Of a DNA stretch of 27,585 nt, positions 17,197-25,042 are shown piece by piece. Under the pieces are notes generated by a model. It was not told where the DNA came from. It saw nothing but the letters and a program-made list of their open reading frames with translations, and searched no databases. The position numbers were made by a program, and so were the translations under genes. Positions within the stretch are counted from its first letter, which is position 1. Every line of letters starts with the position of its first letter. Source of the DNA: Candidatus Thorarchaeota archaeon (lineage in GTDB: Archaea; Asgardarchaeota; Thorarchaeia; Thorarchaeales; Thorarchaeaceae); the NCBI GenBank assembly GCA_048882045.1, contig JBHLRZ010000037.1:1-27585 (forward strand), given 5' to 3'.

Positions 17197-18747
17197 ATGC
17201 TAGAGTACAGAGAATTTCCATTAAAGACGATGTTCATCTATGTTCTACTTGCTGTTCCTTTGGCGTTCTCTATATTCGTCATTACAGGGCTTCTTTCTGG
17301 AACAATCCTGAACCTCACTGTACTAGAGCAACAGGGACTTCTTGGTCATGGGGCACTAGCAGCAACAATTGCATTACCACTGTCGGGTCTCCTCGTAGAT
17401 AGAATTCGAAAACATGATCTTTCGATGTATCTAGGAGCAGCAATTCCAAGTTTCGTAGTTCTGTTGAGTCTGTTCACAGACATTCCTGGTTTCGCAGAAT
17501 CATTCAATTTGACACTGGCTGTAACAACCTTTGCTTTTCTCACCCTGATGATGATTTCTTGGGCCGCGAGAGTGAACCAAAGTGTGGTTGTAAGATTTCG
17601 TGGAAGGACTGTGGCAACGTTCTTAGCACTAGCTGTTTTCATGTCAGGTGTGTTCTCATACCTCAGAGACGCTGGTATCACCTATGACTCGAATGTTCTC
17701 ATATTTCCAGCACTCATCTCACTTGTTGCAGTCATCATTTCTGCATCATTCAGACCATGGAAGGTCGCACGAGCTTCTCTGACTATTGCTGGAAGTTCAT
17801 TCAAGTACTTCATTCCGACTACCTTCATTATGGGTGCCCATCTGCTATGGTATCTAGTGACAAAGAATGCACTGATTTTGAAAGGTATCGTTTCCCTCAG
17901 TGATGAGGTTGGAGCTGGATTATTTGAGCTAATCCCTTTGATTTTCGCAATAGTGTTAGCTGGTTTAATGGCAGACCGCTTGGGTAGAAAGACTGCATTT
18001 CGATTCATCATCCTCTTGTTGGGCCTCTTGACAATTTTTGGTTCTTCACTTATTGATACGAACAATTTCTCATTCCTTCTCGTATCTGAGAGGTTTGTTG
18101 AGGGGTATCTTCTAGGACTCTGTCTACTCCTCATTTGGCCAGAGCTTGGATCTGTCAAGACCAAGGGTTTTCGACTTTCACTTTACTGGTTCTTCTTCCT
18201 AGGATACATGACTCTCTTCTGGGCATTGGATATCAGGGTGGAGTTGTTTGGCATAACCTTTGCCCCACCTGATTGGCTCTGGACAGTTGGTGGACAGACT
18301 GCTATTGTTCTCTCACTCGGAGCTCTATATCTCACGGGTCCACTTCCAACTACACTGGGTCGTGAAATTGAGATGGAGGATCTGGATTTTGATTTTGATG
18401 AACGCGAAGTGAAAAGGACCGTGGATGCATTTGTTGGGCGAGATGACTTTGATTCTATTCGGAGTCAGTTAGACATTATCGACGCTGGGACGGATCTCAG
18501 TGATAGTGAGATGAATGCAATCCTAGGTGATGAGTTAAAGGACATGCTCCCCTTACGTCGTGTACCCGGTATTGGTGGAAGTCTAGAGAAAAAGCTGAGT
18601 GCGGCGGGGTATGAGTCCGCCGCTCAGTTGGCTGGCGAGTCAGCTCAACGCCTTTCCCAGAAGATTAATGGGCTGAGTGTCGCTGGCGCTGAGAAGATTC
18701 TCAAGAGTGCGCGTAAAGTCGTAAAAAAGACAGTCAAGAAGAAGTAG
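17197..18747 (+). CDS. MFS-like transporter fused to acidic linker and C-terminal helix-hairpin-helix domain
   Basis: About 12 TM with MFS motif A in both halves (GLLVDRIRK, GLMADRLGRK). C-terminus LRRVPGIGGSLEKKLSAAGYES...INGLSVAGAEKIL is a RadA-N/HhH_5-like pattern. AGGTGA SD. Confidence 0.8.
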   Translation: MLEYREFPLKTMFIYVLLAVPLAFSIFVITGLLSGTILNLTVLEQQGLLGHGALAATIALPLSGLLVDRIRKHDLSMYLGAAIPSFVVLLSLFTDIPGFAESFNLTLAVTTFAFLTLMMISWAARVNQSVVVRFRGRTVATFLALAVFMSGVFSYLRDAGITYDSNVLIFPALISLVAVIISASFRPWKVARASLTIAGSSFKYFIPTTFIMGAHLLWYLVTKNALILKGIVSLSDEVGAGLFELIPLIFAIVLAGLMADRLGRKTAFRFIILLLGLLTIFGSSLIDTNNFSFLLVSERFVEGYLLGLCLLLIWPELGSVKTKGFRLSLYWFFFLGYMTLFWALDIRVELFGITFAPPDWLWTVGGQTAIVLSLGALYLTGPLPTTLGREIEMEDLDFDFDEREVKRTVDAFVGRDDFDSIRSQLDIIDAGTDLSDSEMNAILGDELKDMLPLRRVPGIGGSLEKKLSAAGYESAAQLAGESAQRLSQKINGLSVAGAEKILKSARKVVKKTVKKK

Positions 18748-18753
18748 ATCGAA

Positions 18754-19620
18754 CTACTTCGGCTTGTCCATCAAGGCTGTCTTCGTCTTCACTTTGCCCT
18801 TTGAAACGTGTGGATTCCGGAGGACTGAATCTTCGGCCTTCTCAAGCTCTCTGATTTCATCTGAGAGATTCGCTGCAACTCTCATCATTTCATGACCAGC
18901 AGCTACAAGTGGTATGTAGTCTTCTGCCTCTTTTGTCTTGAAGCACCCTTCTGATGTAATGTCCGCCACAGCTTCGGCAATAGCTAATGCTGCAAGGGCT
19001 TTAACTCTCGCATATGGATTCTTGAAGTAACCACATTTCACAGCTTTCTTGGCAGTCAACTTCAATTGAGGCATTTCAGGTGTTTCACCAGCTTGAAAAG
19101 CTGCAACAATCTTGTCAAGCTCATTCTGGATGGCTCGCATCACACCTGTGACTGCCAAGACCTTGATTGCATCAGCATTGAACAGGGTCATCTCAGTGGG
19201 ATCGAGAAACTCCTTCTTGGCACCAATCATCGAGTCTGCAGGAATTACAATGAATCCCTGCCCTTCAAGAACATGAGGTTTCTTCTTCCCTTCTTCATTC
19301 TTCTTATAGAATGCCTTTTCAGCTGGACCGTCAGATATCGCCACTGTTGGAATCTTTGCTTTTGCCAACATCTCCCTCGCCTTTGAAGGGCCTGGAAGGG
19401 CTGCATTCGGGCTTACAATGATTGCAAAATGAGGTTTCCAGGCAATCAATGACTCAACAGGCCCTGCTGCTGACTCTTCGTCCATCTTTGCTCCGCTTGT
19501 GAAAGCTCGAACGTGTATATCGTCTCTTTCTGCTCGTTCATCAAACATAAGGTCAAGAAGAGGTGCAGAAGCAATCGCACCGAGTTTGATTACTCCTACA
19601 TTTATTGTAGTAACTGACAT
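18754..19620 (-). CDS. mtd: F420-dependent methylene-tetrahydromethanopterin dehydrogenase
   Basis: VGVIKLGAI, LDLMFDERAERDDI.VR..TSGAKM, SPNAALPGP..ARE, DSMIGAKKEFLDPTEM.LFNAD..KVLA.TG, F.NPYAR.KA, AAGHEMMR, RELEKA.D.V.R.PH. Confidence 0.96.
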   Translation of the reverse strand: MSVTTINVGVIKLGAIASAPLLDLMFDERAERDDIHVRAFTSGAKMDEESAAGPVESLIAWKPHFAIIVSPNAALPGPSKAREMLAKAKIPTVAISDGPAEKAFYKKNEEGKKKPHVLEGQGFIVIPADSMIGAKKEFLDPTEMTLFNADAIKVLAVTGVMRAIQNELDKIVAAFQAGETPEMPQLKLTAKKAVKCGYFKNPYARVKALAALAIAEAVADITSEGCFKTKEAEDYIPLVAAGHEMMRVAANLSDEIRELEKAEDSVLRNPHVSKGKVKTKTALMDKPK

Positions 19621-19676
19621 TTTGTGAACTCACTCCTTTGCGTTTCAAAAACAGGGTGCGACAAAACTGTTGCGGT

Positions 19677-20591
19677 TCACTCTTTTGGATAATATGCCAG
19701 ACCTGTGCCAGCCAGGAGGTCTGCTCCTCTTAGATGTTTATTACAGGTGGCACACCTGAATACGATCTTTGGGTCATTAGAAGCTGTTCCACAATTGTTG
19801 CAAAGAGGTTCAACATCTATTATAGATAGGTTTCCTACCTTTACTGGTTCCTTGCAATTCAGACAAGTGACTTCAGCAATATCATCAGCCATCACAGCAT
19901 GGAATTGATTGCTACACTTTGGACAAAAGAGAGTGTATACTTTGTGAATATCAGTTGACTCACAATTCGGACAAAGTAACTCAATGGTTAAATCGGAATC
20001 CCCGCATTGTCTACATTCCACACGTCGTCCGTAGGTACGTGATTCGAGTAGATCCTCATCTTCAAGGTCCTTTAACATCCTCACGACTTCAGCATCATCA
20101 GATCCAAAGTAATTACGGGCATCTGGATATCTAACTGAAGCACGAAGTACATGTTTTGGTCTGATCGCTACTACTCTATTGGAAGTGATATCCTCAACAA
20201 GTTTCTTCACTGAGGGATTTGTGAGTAGTGCAGCTCCACTTGTTTCATCTATCAGCTCCTTGAGGAGCTCAAAAGCTCTTTGAAGCTCATTGTCCCATTT
20301 GTCACTATCGAAATCGATATACTTGACTAGTCGAAGTAGATTACGTTCAATTACTGTAGGATTTTCACCTTCCTCAAGGTGAATCGCTATGCAGTTTGGC
20401 ACTTTCATATACGAGATAAACAAACCTCTCTGTAACTTTGAATATCCGATTTCTGCTTCCCTATTCACACCGTGTCCCATGAAAATGAGTAATGCTTCTT
20501 CTCCTGTCAAAGGATCAGTTTCTGGAAATGAACGTCCTACTGAGGGTCCGAGGTTATCGTCCCACCAAATCGAATGAATCGCTTTTGGCAC
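19677..20591 (-). CDS. uDENN/longin-like N-terminal domain fused to wHTH + multi-zinc-ribbon module (TackOD1-like)
   Basis: N-terminus AIHSIWWDDNLGPSVGRSFPE has the aromatic-D-x3-GP-x5-P pattern; RYP...VRMLKDLEDEDLLE is wHTH-like; six CxxC pairs (CRQC, CPNC, CPKC, CLNC, CNNC, CATC). Confidence 0.7.
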   Translation of the reverse strand: MPKAIHSIWWDDNLGPSVGRSFPETDPLTGEEALLIFMGHGVNREAEIGYSKLQRGLFISYMKVPNCIAIHLEEGENPTVIERNLLRLVKYIDFDSDKWDNELQRAFELLKELIDETSGAALLTNPSVKKLVEDITSNRVVAIRPKHVLRASVRYPDARNYFGSDDAEVVRMLKDLEDEDLLESRTYGRRVECRQCGDSDLTIELLCPNCESTDIHKVYTLFCPKCSNQFHAVMADDIAEVTCLNCKEPVKVGNLSIIDVEPLCNNCGTASNDPKIVFRCATCNKHLRGADLLAGTGLAYYPKE

Positions 20592-20793
20592 TTTTGCATC
20601 CCCGATGTCGTCTTGGTCCCGTTCAAGACAAAGCTGATAGTATTTTGAACTATCATTCTATCTTATCAGCCTATTCTAGATAGATGCCCTTTAGTTTTGT
20701 TGTACGAAACCTCTCCCACCGAAGGGTATAAAACCGTGCCAAGAAGTTCGGCGGTCACTAAGCCATGATTAGGCAAGAACAGGAAGTAATCAG

Positions 20794-22551
20794 ATGGTCT
20801 CACATGGTCGCAATAACTCAGCAATCCTATTTGTGCTGGTATGGTTGTTCGTCTCACCCTTCGTTTTGACAACTAGCCATATTGACCCAGCATTTTCTCC
20901 CGTAGATAATATGGAGCTGGCTGCACCTACGATATCTGGACCACCAGTTTATGAATTTGAGAATGGAACTGTTGGACACACTCTTGTCTATCATGCTTCT
21001 GATTCCAATCCAAAGAACTACTCAGTAACTGTGAACGGAGAAGTTTTCGACCACGGACTCTGGAGTGGAGGTGAAATAACCGTCTACCTCGTACAGCTGT
21101 ACCTCGGAGATTGGATTGACACACTCCCAAAGGAATTGACCTTCATCTGTACAGTGTTCAATAATGGAGGAGAGAGTGCATCAGCAACCACAGTTGTTAC
21201 AGTCGTTCCAGACACATCTGCGCCGATCATCGAACAGCCAGAGAACATCACATATGAAGAGGGAAGCTTCGGACATGAAATCCGGTGGAATATTACCGAA
21301 GCCAATCCAGAATTTTACAACATCACACGAATATCCAATGAGTCAGGGACCAATTATACCGAGATCGAAAGTGGCGATTGGGGTCATGAAAACTTCACAA
21401 TTAATGTAGATGGACTCAATGCAACTCATTGGTATCTATATACTCTGTTCGTACGAGATAAGTTCGATCGAAATGCAACAAGTCATGTCAATGTTACAGT
21501 TTTGCCTGACACTACGAATCCAACAATAACATCTCCAGATGATGTTGCTTATGAGTTTGGAGCTGAGGGGTATGAGATATTATGGCACGCATTCGATAGT
21601 AATCCAAAGAACTACACGATTACTTCGCTGATTCTCTTTAATGACACTCTGTACGGCAACTATTCCGCTTTTCATACATTCATCGATGTAGTGCAACCTG
21701 ATTGGATATTCACTGATCCCGATGGACAAGACATCATAGTTGACCTTGATGGTCTCTACCTTGGAAACTACTCGATTACCCTCACTCTGTTTGATGACTA
21801 CGGTAGAATGACAAATGATACCGTAAATGTCACAGTCTATGAGGACATCCGAGCACCCATTATCACACCTTCTAGAGACCTTTCATATGAAGAAGGATAT
21901 ACTGGCAACCATATCAACTGGACAGTGGATGAGAACAATCCATTATATTACAATCTCACCTTAGACGGCGTAAGCTTAGAGAATAGTACTTGGGATGGTT
22001 CTGGATACGAGTTAGATGTTGATGGTTTCGACGTAGGTGTCTATGTCTACAATATGTCCTACACCGACTTCTTCAATCAGACTGCCTTCGCACTGATTGA
22101 AGTGACAGTACTGGCTGATTCGCATGTACCTACAGTGTTAGGTATTACTACAATTCAGACCTTCAGTACACCTTCCTCGAGTAACCTGACAATTCAAGCT
22201 TATGTCTGGGATCTGAATAATATTCACAGTATCAAGATTGAATGGGGTGTTGGAGACCCAGAGAGTGCTGATTTCACATCTGAAACGACGGACATGGAAG
22301 AGAGTGAGATTAGTGACATCTTTGTTACTCACCTCGGTGAATTCGATGTCGGTCAGCAGGTTTGGTTCAAGATTCTTGCAACTGACAACTCTTCAGTGAA
22401 TCTTGTCTATGACTCAGGTTGGCGGAACGTAGTCATCACGGTCCAGAGCTATGGTGGAGCACCTGCACCAATCTACGCGGTTGTCGGCGTTCTGGGAGGA
22501 CTGTCCCTAATCGTTATCTTGGTGATGTACTTCAGGACAAAGACACGGTAG
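20794..22551 (+). CDS. Cell-surface glycoprotein with signal peptide, about 4-5 Ig-like beta-sandwich repeats and C-terminal TM anchor
   Basis: Repeats of P-x-I-x2-P-x3-4-YE-x-G-x2-G-x2-I-x-W-x3-D/E-x-NP-x2-Y four times; many N-x-S/T sequons; terminal TM followed by RTKTR. Confidence 0.85.
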   Translation: MVSHGRNNSAILFVLVWLFVSPFVLTTSHIDPAFSPVDNMELAAPTISGPPVYEFENGTVGHTLVYHASDSNPKNYSVTVNGEVFDHGLWSGGEITVYLVQLYLGDWIDTLPKELTFICTVFNNGGESASATTVVTVVPDTSAPIIEQPENITYEEGSFGHEIRWNITEANPEFYNITRISNESGTNYTEIESGDWGHENFTINVDGLNATHWYLYTLFVRDKFDRNATSHVNVTVLPDTTNPTITSPDDVAYEFGAEGYEILWHAFDSNPKNYTITSLILFNDTLYGNYSAFHTFIDVVQPDWIFTDPDGQDIIVDLDGLYLGNYSITLTLFDDYGRMTNDTVNVTVYEDIRAPIITPSRDLSYEEGYTGNHINWTVDENNPLYYNLTLDGVSLENSTWDGSGYELDVDGFDVGVYVYNMSYTDFFNQTAFALIEVTVLADSHVPTVLGITTIQTFSTPSSSNLTIQAYVWDLNNIHSIKIEWGVGDPESADFTSETTDMEESEISDIFVTHLGEFDVGQQVWFKILATDNSSVNLVYDSGWRNVVITVQSYGGAPAPIYAVVGVLGGLSLIVILVMYFRTKTR

Positions 22552-23076
22552 TCATTTCTCAAGAAGCGAGAGTACACGCAGAGGCATGTCATTACGATTA
22601 TTGAGAGTGAGTTCTAGGACTCGTACGTCTCTCCGTTGCCTTACCTCATCCAGGAAGAGACTCCGTCTTTGTTGAATTGTCCCCACCACTCTGCCTGTAT
22701 CTAGACATCTTCGGACCTCTGGAGCGAACAGCTTTGAGAACATCTCCATTTTTGCTATCTCGTCGATAATGATCAAATTGTCTGATTCTCGGGCTTCCCT
22801 AAGCTCAGGAATGATGATTGAATCGATATCCTCGACAGACACATGATATTTGCTTACTCTATAACCTGTTTTGAAATCAATATGTGCCAAAGTCCCTTTC
22901 TTTCCAGAAAGAGTTTCAATAGCAAACCCAACACGTCTTCCACGTTCACGCATCTCATATGACAGGAAACCTCTCGTTGTTACCGGTGGAAGTCTTTCCA
23001 CAATCTTCCTTATCGCGGTCGTCTTTCCAACACCGGGTCGTCCAGTGAGCAGAATATTCCGTTTCAAAATAAACAC
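22552..23076 (-). CDS. Nucleoside-triphosphatase, THEP1/NTPase_1 (COG1618) family
   Basis: ILLTGRPGVGKTT, GF.S.EMRERGRRVGF, RVSKYHV, LIIIDEIAKME..S..F. Confidence 0.93.
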   Translation of the reverse strand: MFILKRNILLTGRPGVGKTTAIRKIVERLPPVTTRGFLSYEMRERGRRVGFAIETLSGKKGTLAHIDFKTGYRVSKYHVSVEDIDSIIIPELREARESDNLIIIDEIAKMEMFSKLFAPEVRRCLDTGRVVGTIQQRRSLFLDEVRQRRDVRVLELTLNNRNDMPLRVLSLLEK

Positions 23077-23393
23077 TAATCACGTACAGTCTTCAGTGCG
23101 AGAGTCTTCACGGTGTCCTGAAGTTCATCAAGCTTGTTGGCTTGTTCTTTGAGCTGTTTATACAAGTCCATATCAGCCAGAATCGTCTTCATCAAGAGAG
23201 CTGCGACCGCCTCTGATCTGCTCTTGAAGATTTCGAGTTTGACCAATGCATCGAGGATTTCAATGAATTCCGTACTCAGTCGAGTCATCACTGAGAATTC
23301 ACGTTTTCCTGCCATCTCCTCGGAAATGATCTTGCTTAGGATAGTTTCTCTCAGAGTTGACACTGCTTCAGGTTCCTTCTTTTCTGGACTCAT
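23076..23393 (-). CDS. Ribbon-helix-helix (CopG-like) DNA-binding protein with C-terminal coiled coil
   Basis: SVMTRLSTEFIEILDALVKLEIFKSRSEAVAALL. ATG 23393 follows AAAGGA; the ORF is open up to 23459. The stop overlaps the NTPase start by 1 nt. Confidence 0.75.
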   Translation of the reverse strand: MSPEKKEPEAVSTLRETILSKIISEEMAGKREFSVMTRLSTEFIEILDALVKLEIFKSRSEAVAALLMKTILADMDLYKQLKEQANKLDELQDTVKTLALKTVRD

Positions 23394-23629
23394 TTCCTTT
23401 ACTCTCTTATTCATCAATACCATCCGAATCTTATAGAACTTACGAAGCAAATAGTTCATTCATTATTGGTTTTGTAATGGAACAAAAGAATGTGATGAAA
23501 CACTTGCGTGATCTCCTTTTTCTTCTTTACTGATAAGCATTTCAGATTGTATTGACGTAACATTTAATACTTTAATACATGTATAAATGTAATGATTTCG
23601 AGAAATATCTCGGATTTGGAGGTGAAACT

Positions 23630-24415
23630 TTGAAGAGTGAAATAATGAAATGTTCAGGATTTCTAATTGGTCTGGTCTTTGTTTTCTTACTGTTTCCCCA
23701 GACGGCTGCAACTGTGGTGTGGGAAGACAACTTCGATGACGGTACTTATGCACCTGAATGGACTGTCACTGAAGGGGCTTGGGAAGCCTCAAACGGATAT
23801 CTAGAGGCAGTTGGTAGCATACGAAACACAATTTCGCATAATAGCTCACAGGTTGAAGGAACTTGGAGTTTTGACATCTTCTATGTTTATGTTGAAAACA
23901 ATCATGGTTCTTTAACTATTAATTACATCGTAAATGGTTCTGATGATTATCATCTGACAATATCTCAACCGGGCAATGTTGGAATCGGTCCGAGATTAAC
24001 TTTGCAGGGTGGGATATCTCTAAACGTTTCTGATTTCGTGGTTGGTAGTGAAACATGGACGCACTTTGATATCACTCGAAACTCTATTGGCGAAACTCAT
24101 GTATTTGTCAATAAGACAGGACCCATTGCAGAACCGACGATTTCGATAGTAGATACAACTCACAGCTATTCAGAGCAGTTTAGGATTACCTGTGCCTTCG
24201 ATGCAGAGGGCTCTCGGATTGACAATATCGTCGTGGATGATGAGATTCTGATCACACCACCCGCTACCACGACACCAGAAACAACAACTACGCCTGATAC
24301 TACTCCAACCAATGGAGGACCTGGAATCCCAATCGACACGACCCTACTTATCGTTGGAGCGGGAGTGGGGGGTGTGGTCATCATAGCAGGTGTGGTGTGT
24401 ATGAGAAGACGTTAG
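23630..24415 (+). CDS. Surface protein: signal peptide, beta-sandwich (concanavalin A/LamG-like) domain, Thr/Pro linker, C-terminal TM
   Basis: TTG 23630 after GGAGGTGA; VWEDNFDDG...W...G.W, GTWSFD, WTHFDITR, IDNIVV; TTTPETTTTPDTTPT linker; TM followed by MRRR. Confidence 0.8.
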   Translation: MKSEIMKCSGFLIGLVFVFLLFPQTAATVVWEDNFDDGTYAPEWTVTEGAWEASNGYLEAVGSIRNTISHNSSQVEGTWSFDIFYVYVENNHGSLTINYIVNGSDDYHLTISQPGNVGIGPRLTLQGGISLNVSDFVVGSETWTHFDITRNSIGETHVFVNKTGPIAEPTISIVDTTHSYSEQFRITCAFDAEGSRIDNIVVDDEILITPPATTTPETTTTPDTTPTNGGPGIPIDTTLLIVGAGVGGVVIIAGVVCMRRR

Positions 24416-24423
24416 ATAAACGA

Positions 24424-24460
24424 GAGAGGGATATAATTCCCTCTCATTTCCTTTCCTTTC
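24424..24460 (+). terminator. Hairpin GAGAGGGA-TATAAT-TCCCTCTC followed by pyrimidine tract
   Basis: Perfect 8-bp stem 8 nt after the stop at 24415, located between convergent genes. Confidence 0.55.
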
Positions 24461-24527
24461 CGCAATCCAAAACTCTGATGTAGAAGCTGAGCTCTATCTA
24501 CGCATTTTCGTAATGGGTTCCCTATCC

Positions 24528-24845
24528 CTATCCTGTAAGGACATCATAGGCGATATCCATTGCTGAGTCCTGAATCTTCTCAAGCTTCGTGATTTTATCC
24601 TTGAGCAGTTTGAATTCGTCTTTGTGTCGGAAAAGTGTCTTCTCTATAATCGCAGCTGCAGCTTCAGATCTACTTCTGAAGATACCAAGTGCTACAAGAA
24701 TGTCTAGCATGCTGACGGTTTCATTACCGAGTCGTGTCGACACAGGTATGTCACGTTTCATAGATGATACTGGAGTGGTCATCTCCTTGATCAGTACGTC
24801 TCTCAAACTCTGTGAAGACTCTCCGCTTTTTCTTTTCTGTGTCAA
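24528..24845 (-). CDS. Ribbon-helix-helix (CopG-like) protein, paralog of 23076..23393
   Basis: PVSTRLGNETVSMLDILVALGIFRSRSEAAAAII; TTG start after GGAGGT. Confidence 0.78.
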   Translation of the reverse strand: MTQKRKSGESSQSLRDVLIKEMTTPVSSMKRDIPVSTRLGNETVSMLDILVALGIFRSRSEAAAAIIEKTLFRHKDEFKLLKDKITKLEKIQDSAMDIAYDVLTG

Positions 24846-24902
24846 CCAACCTGACCTCCGGTATATTACTCTTTGACGAAGATCCTAATATACACTTTGA
24901 AA

Positions 24903-24934
24903 TGTATCAGTGTAATCAACAATACATCAATACA
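24903..24934. promoter_or_regulatory. Iterated TGTA(T/A)T-type boxes in inverted arrangement upstream of RHH gene; candidate operator
   Basis: TGTATCAG TGTAATCA A CAATACA TCAATACA. The related TGTATTGA and AATACATGTAT occur at 23548-23584, upstream of the other RHH paralog. Confidence 0.4.
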
Positions 24935-25042
24935 GGTAAAAGGCTGGATTTGGAGAAATGAGCTTGGTGGAAACATGTGCCAAAACACTGAAGTATAAGA
25001 AAAACGGATTCAGTCCAATTTCAAGAGTAGAGGGTTTAAAGA

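Noticed and set aside
17156-17221. N-terminal extension of the longin ORF as given in the track (start 17221)
   Set aside because: It would overlap the divergent MFS-HhH start and its SD; ATG 17155 is more plausible.
18754-19620. mtd as evidence of methanogenesis
   Set aside because: Mtd belongs to the H4MPT methyl branch that is also present in non-methanogenic archaea; no mcr or mtr genes are in the window.
23463-23753. 96-aa minus-strand ORF spanning the RHH upstream region
   Set aside because: It overlaps the signal-peptide region of the surface protein gene, crosses an AT-rich promoter-like region and has no recognisable features.
24255-24312. ACA/ACC-rich stretch as a tandem repeat
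   Set aside because: It encodes the Thr/Pro linker of the surface protein.
23076-24845. RHH genes as type II antitoxins or markers of a mobile element
   Set aside because: No PIN/RelE/ParE toxin, integrase, transposase or terminal repeats were seen nearby.
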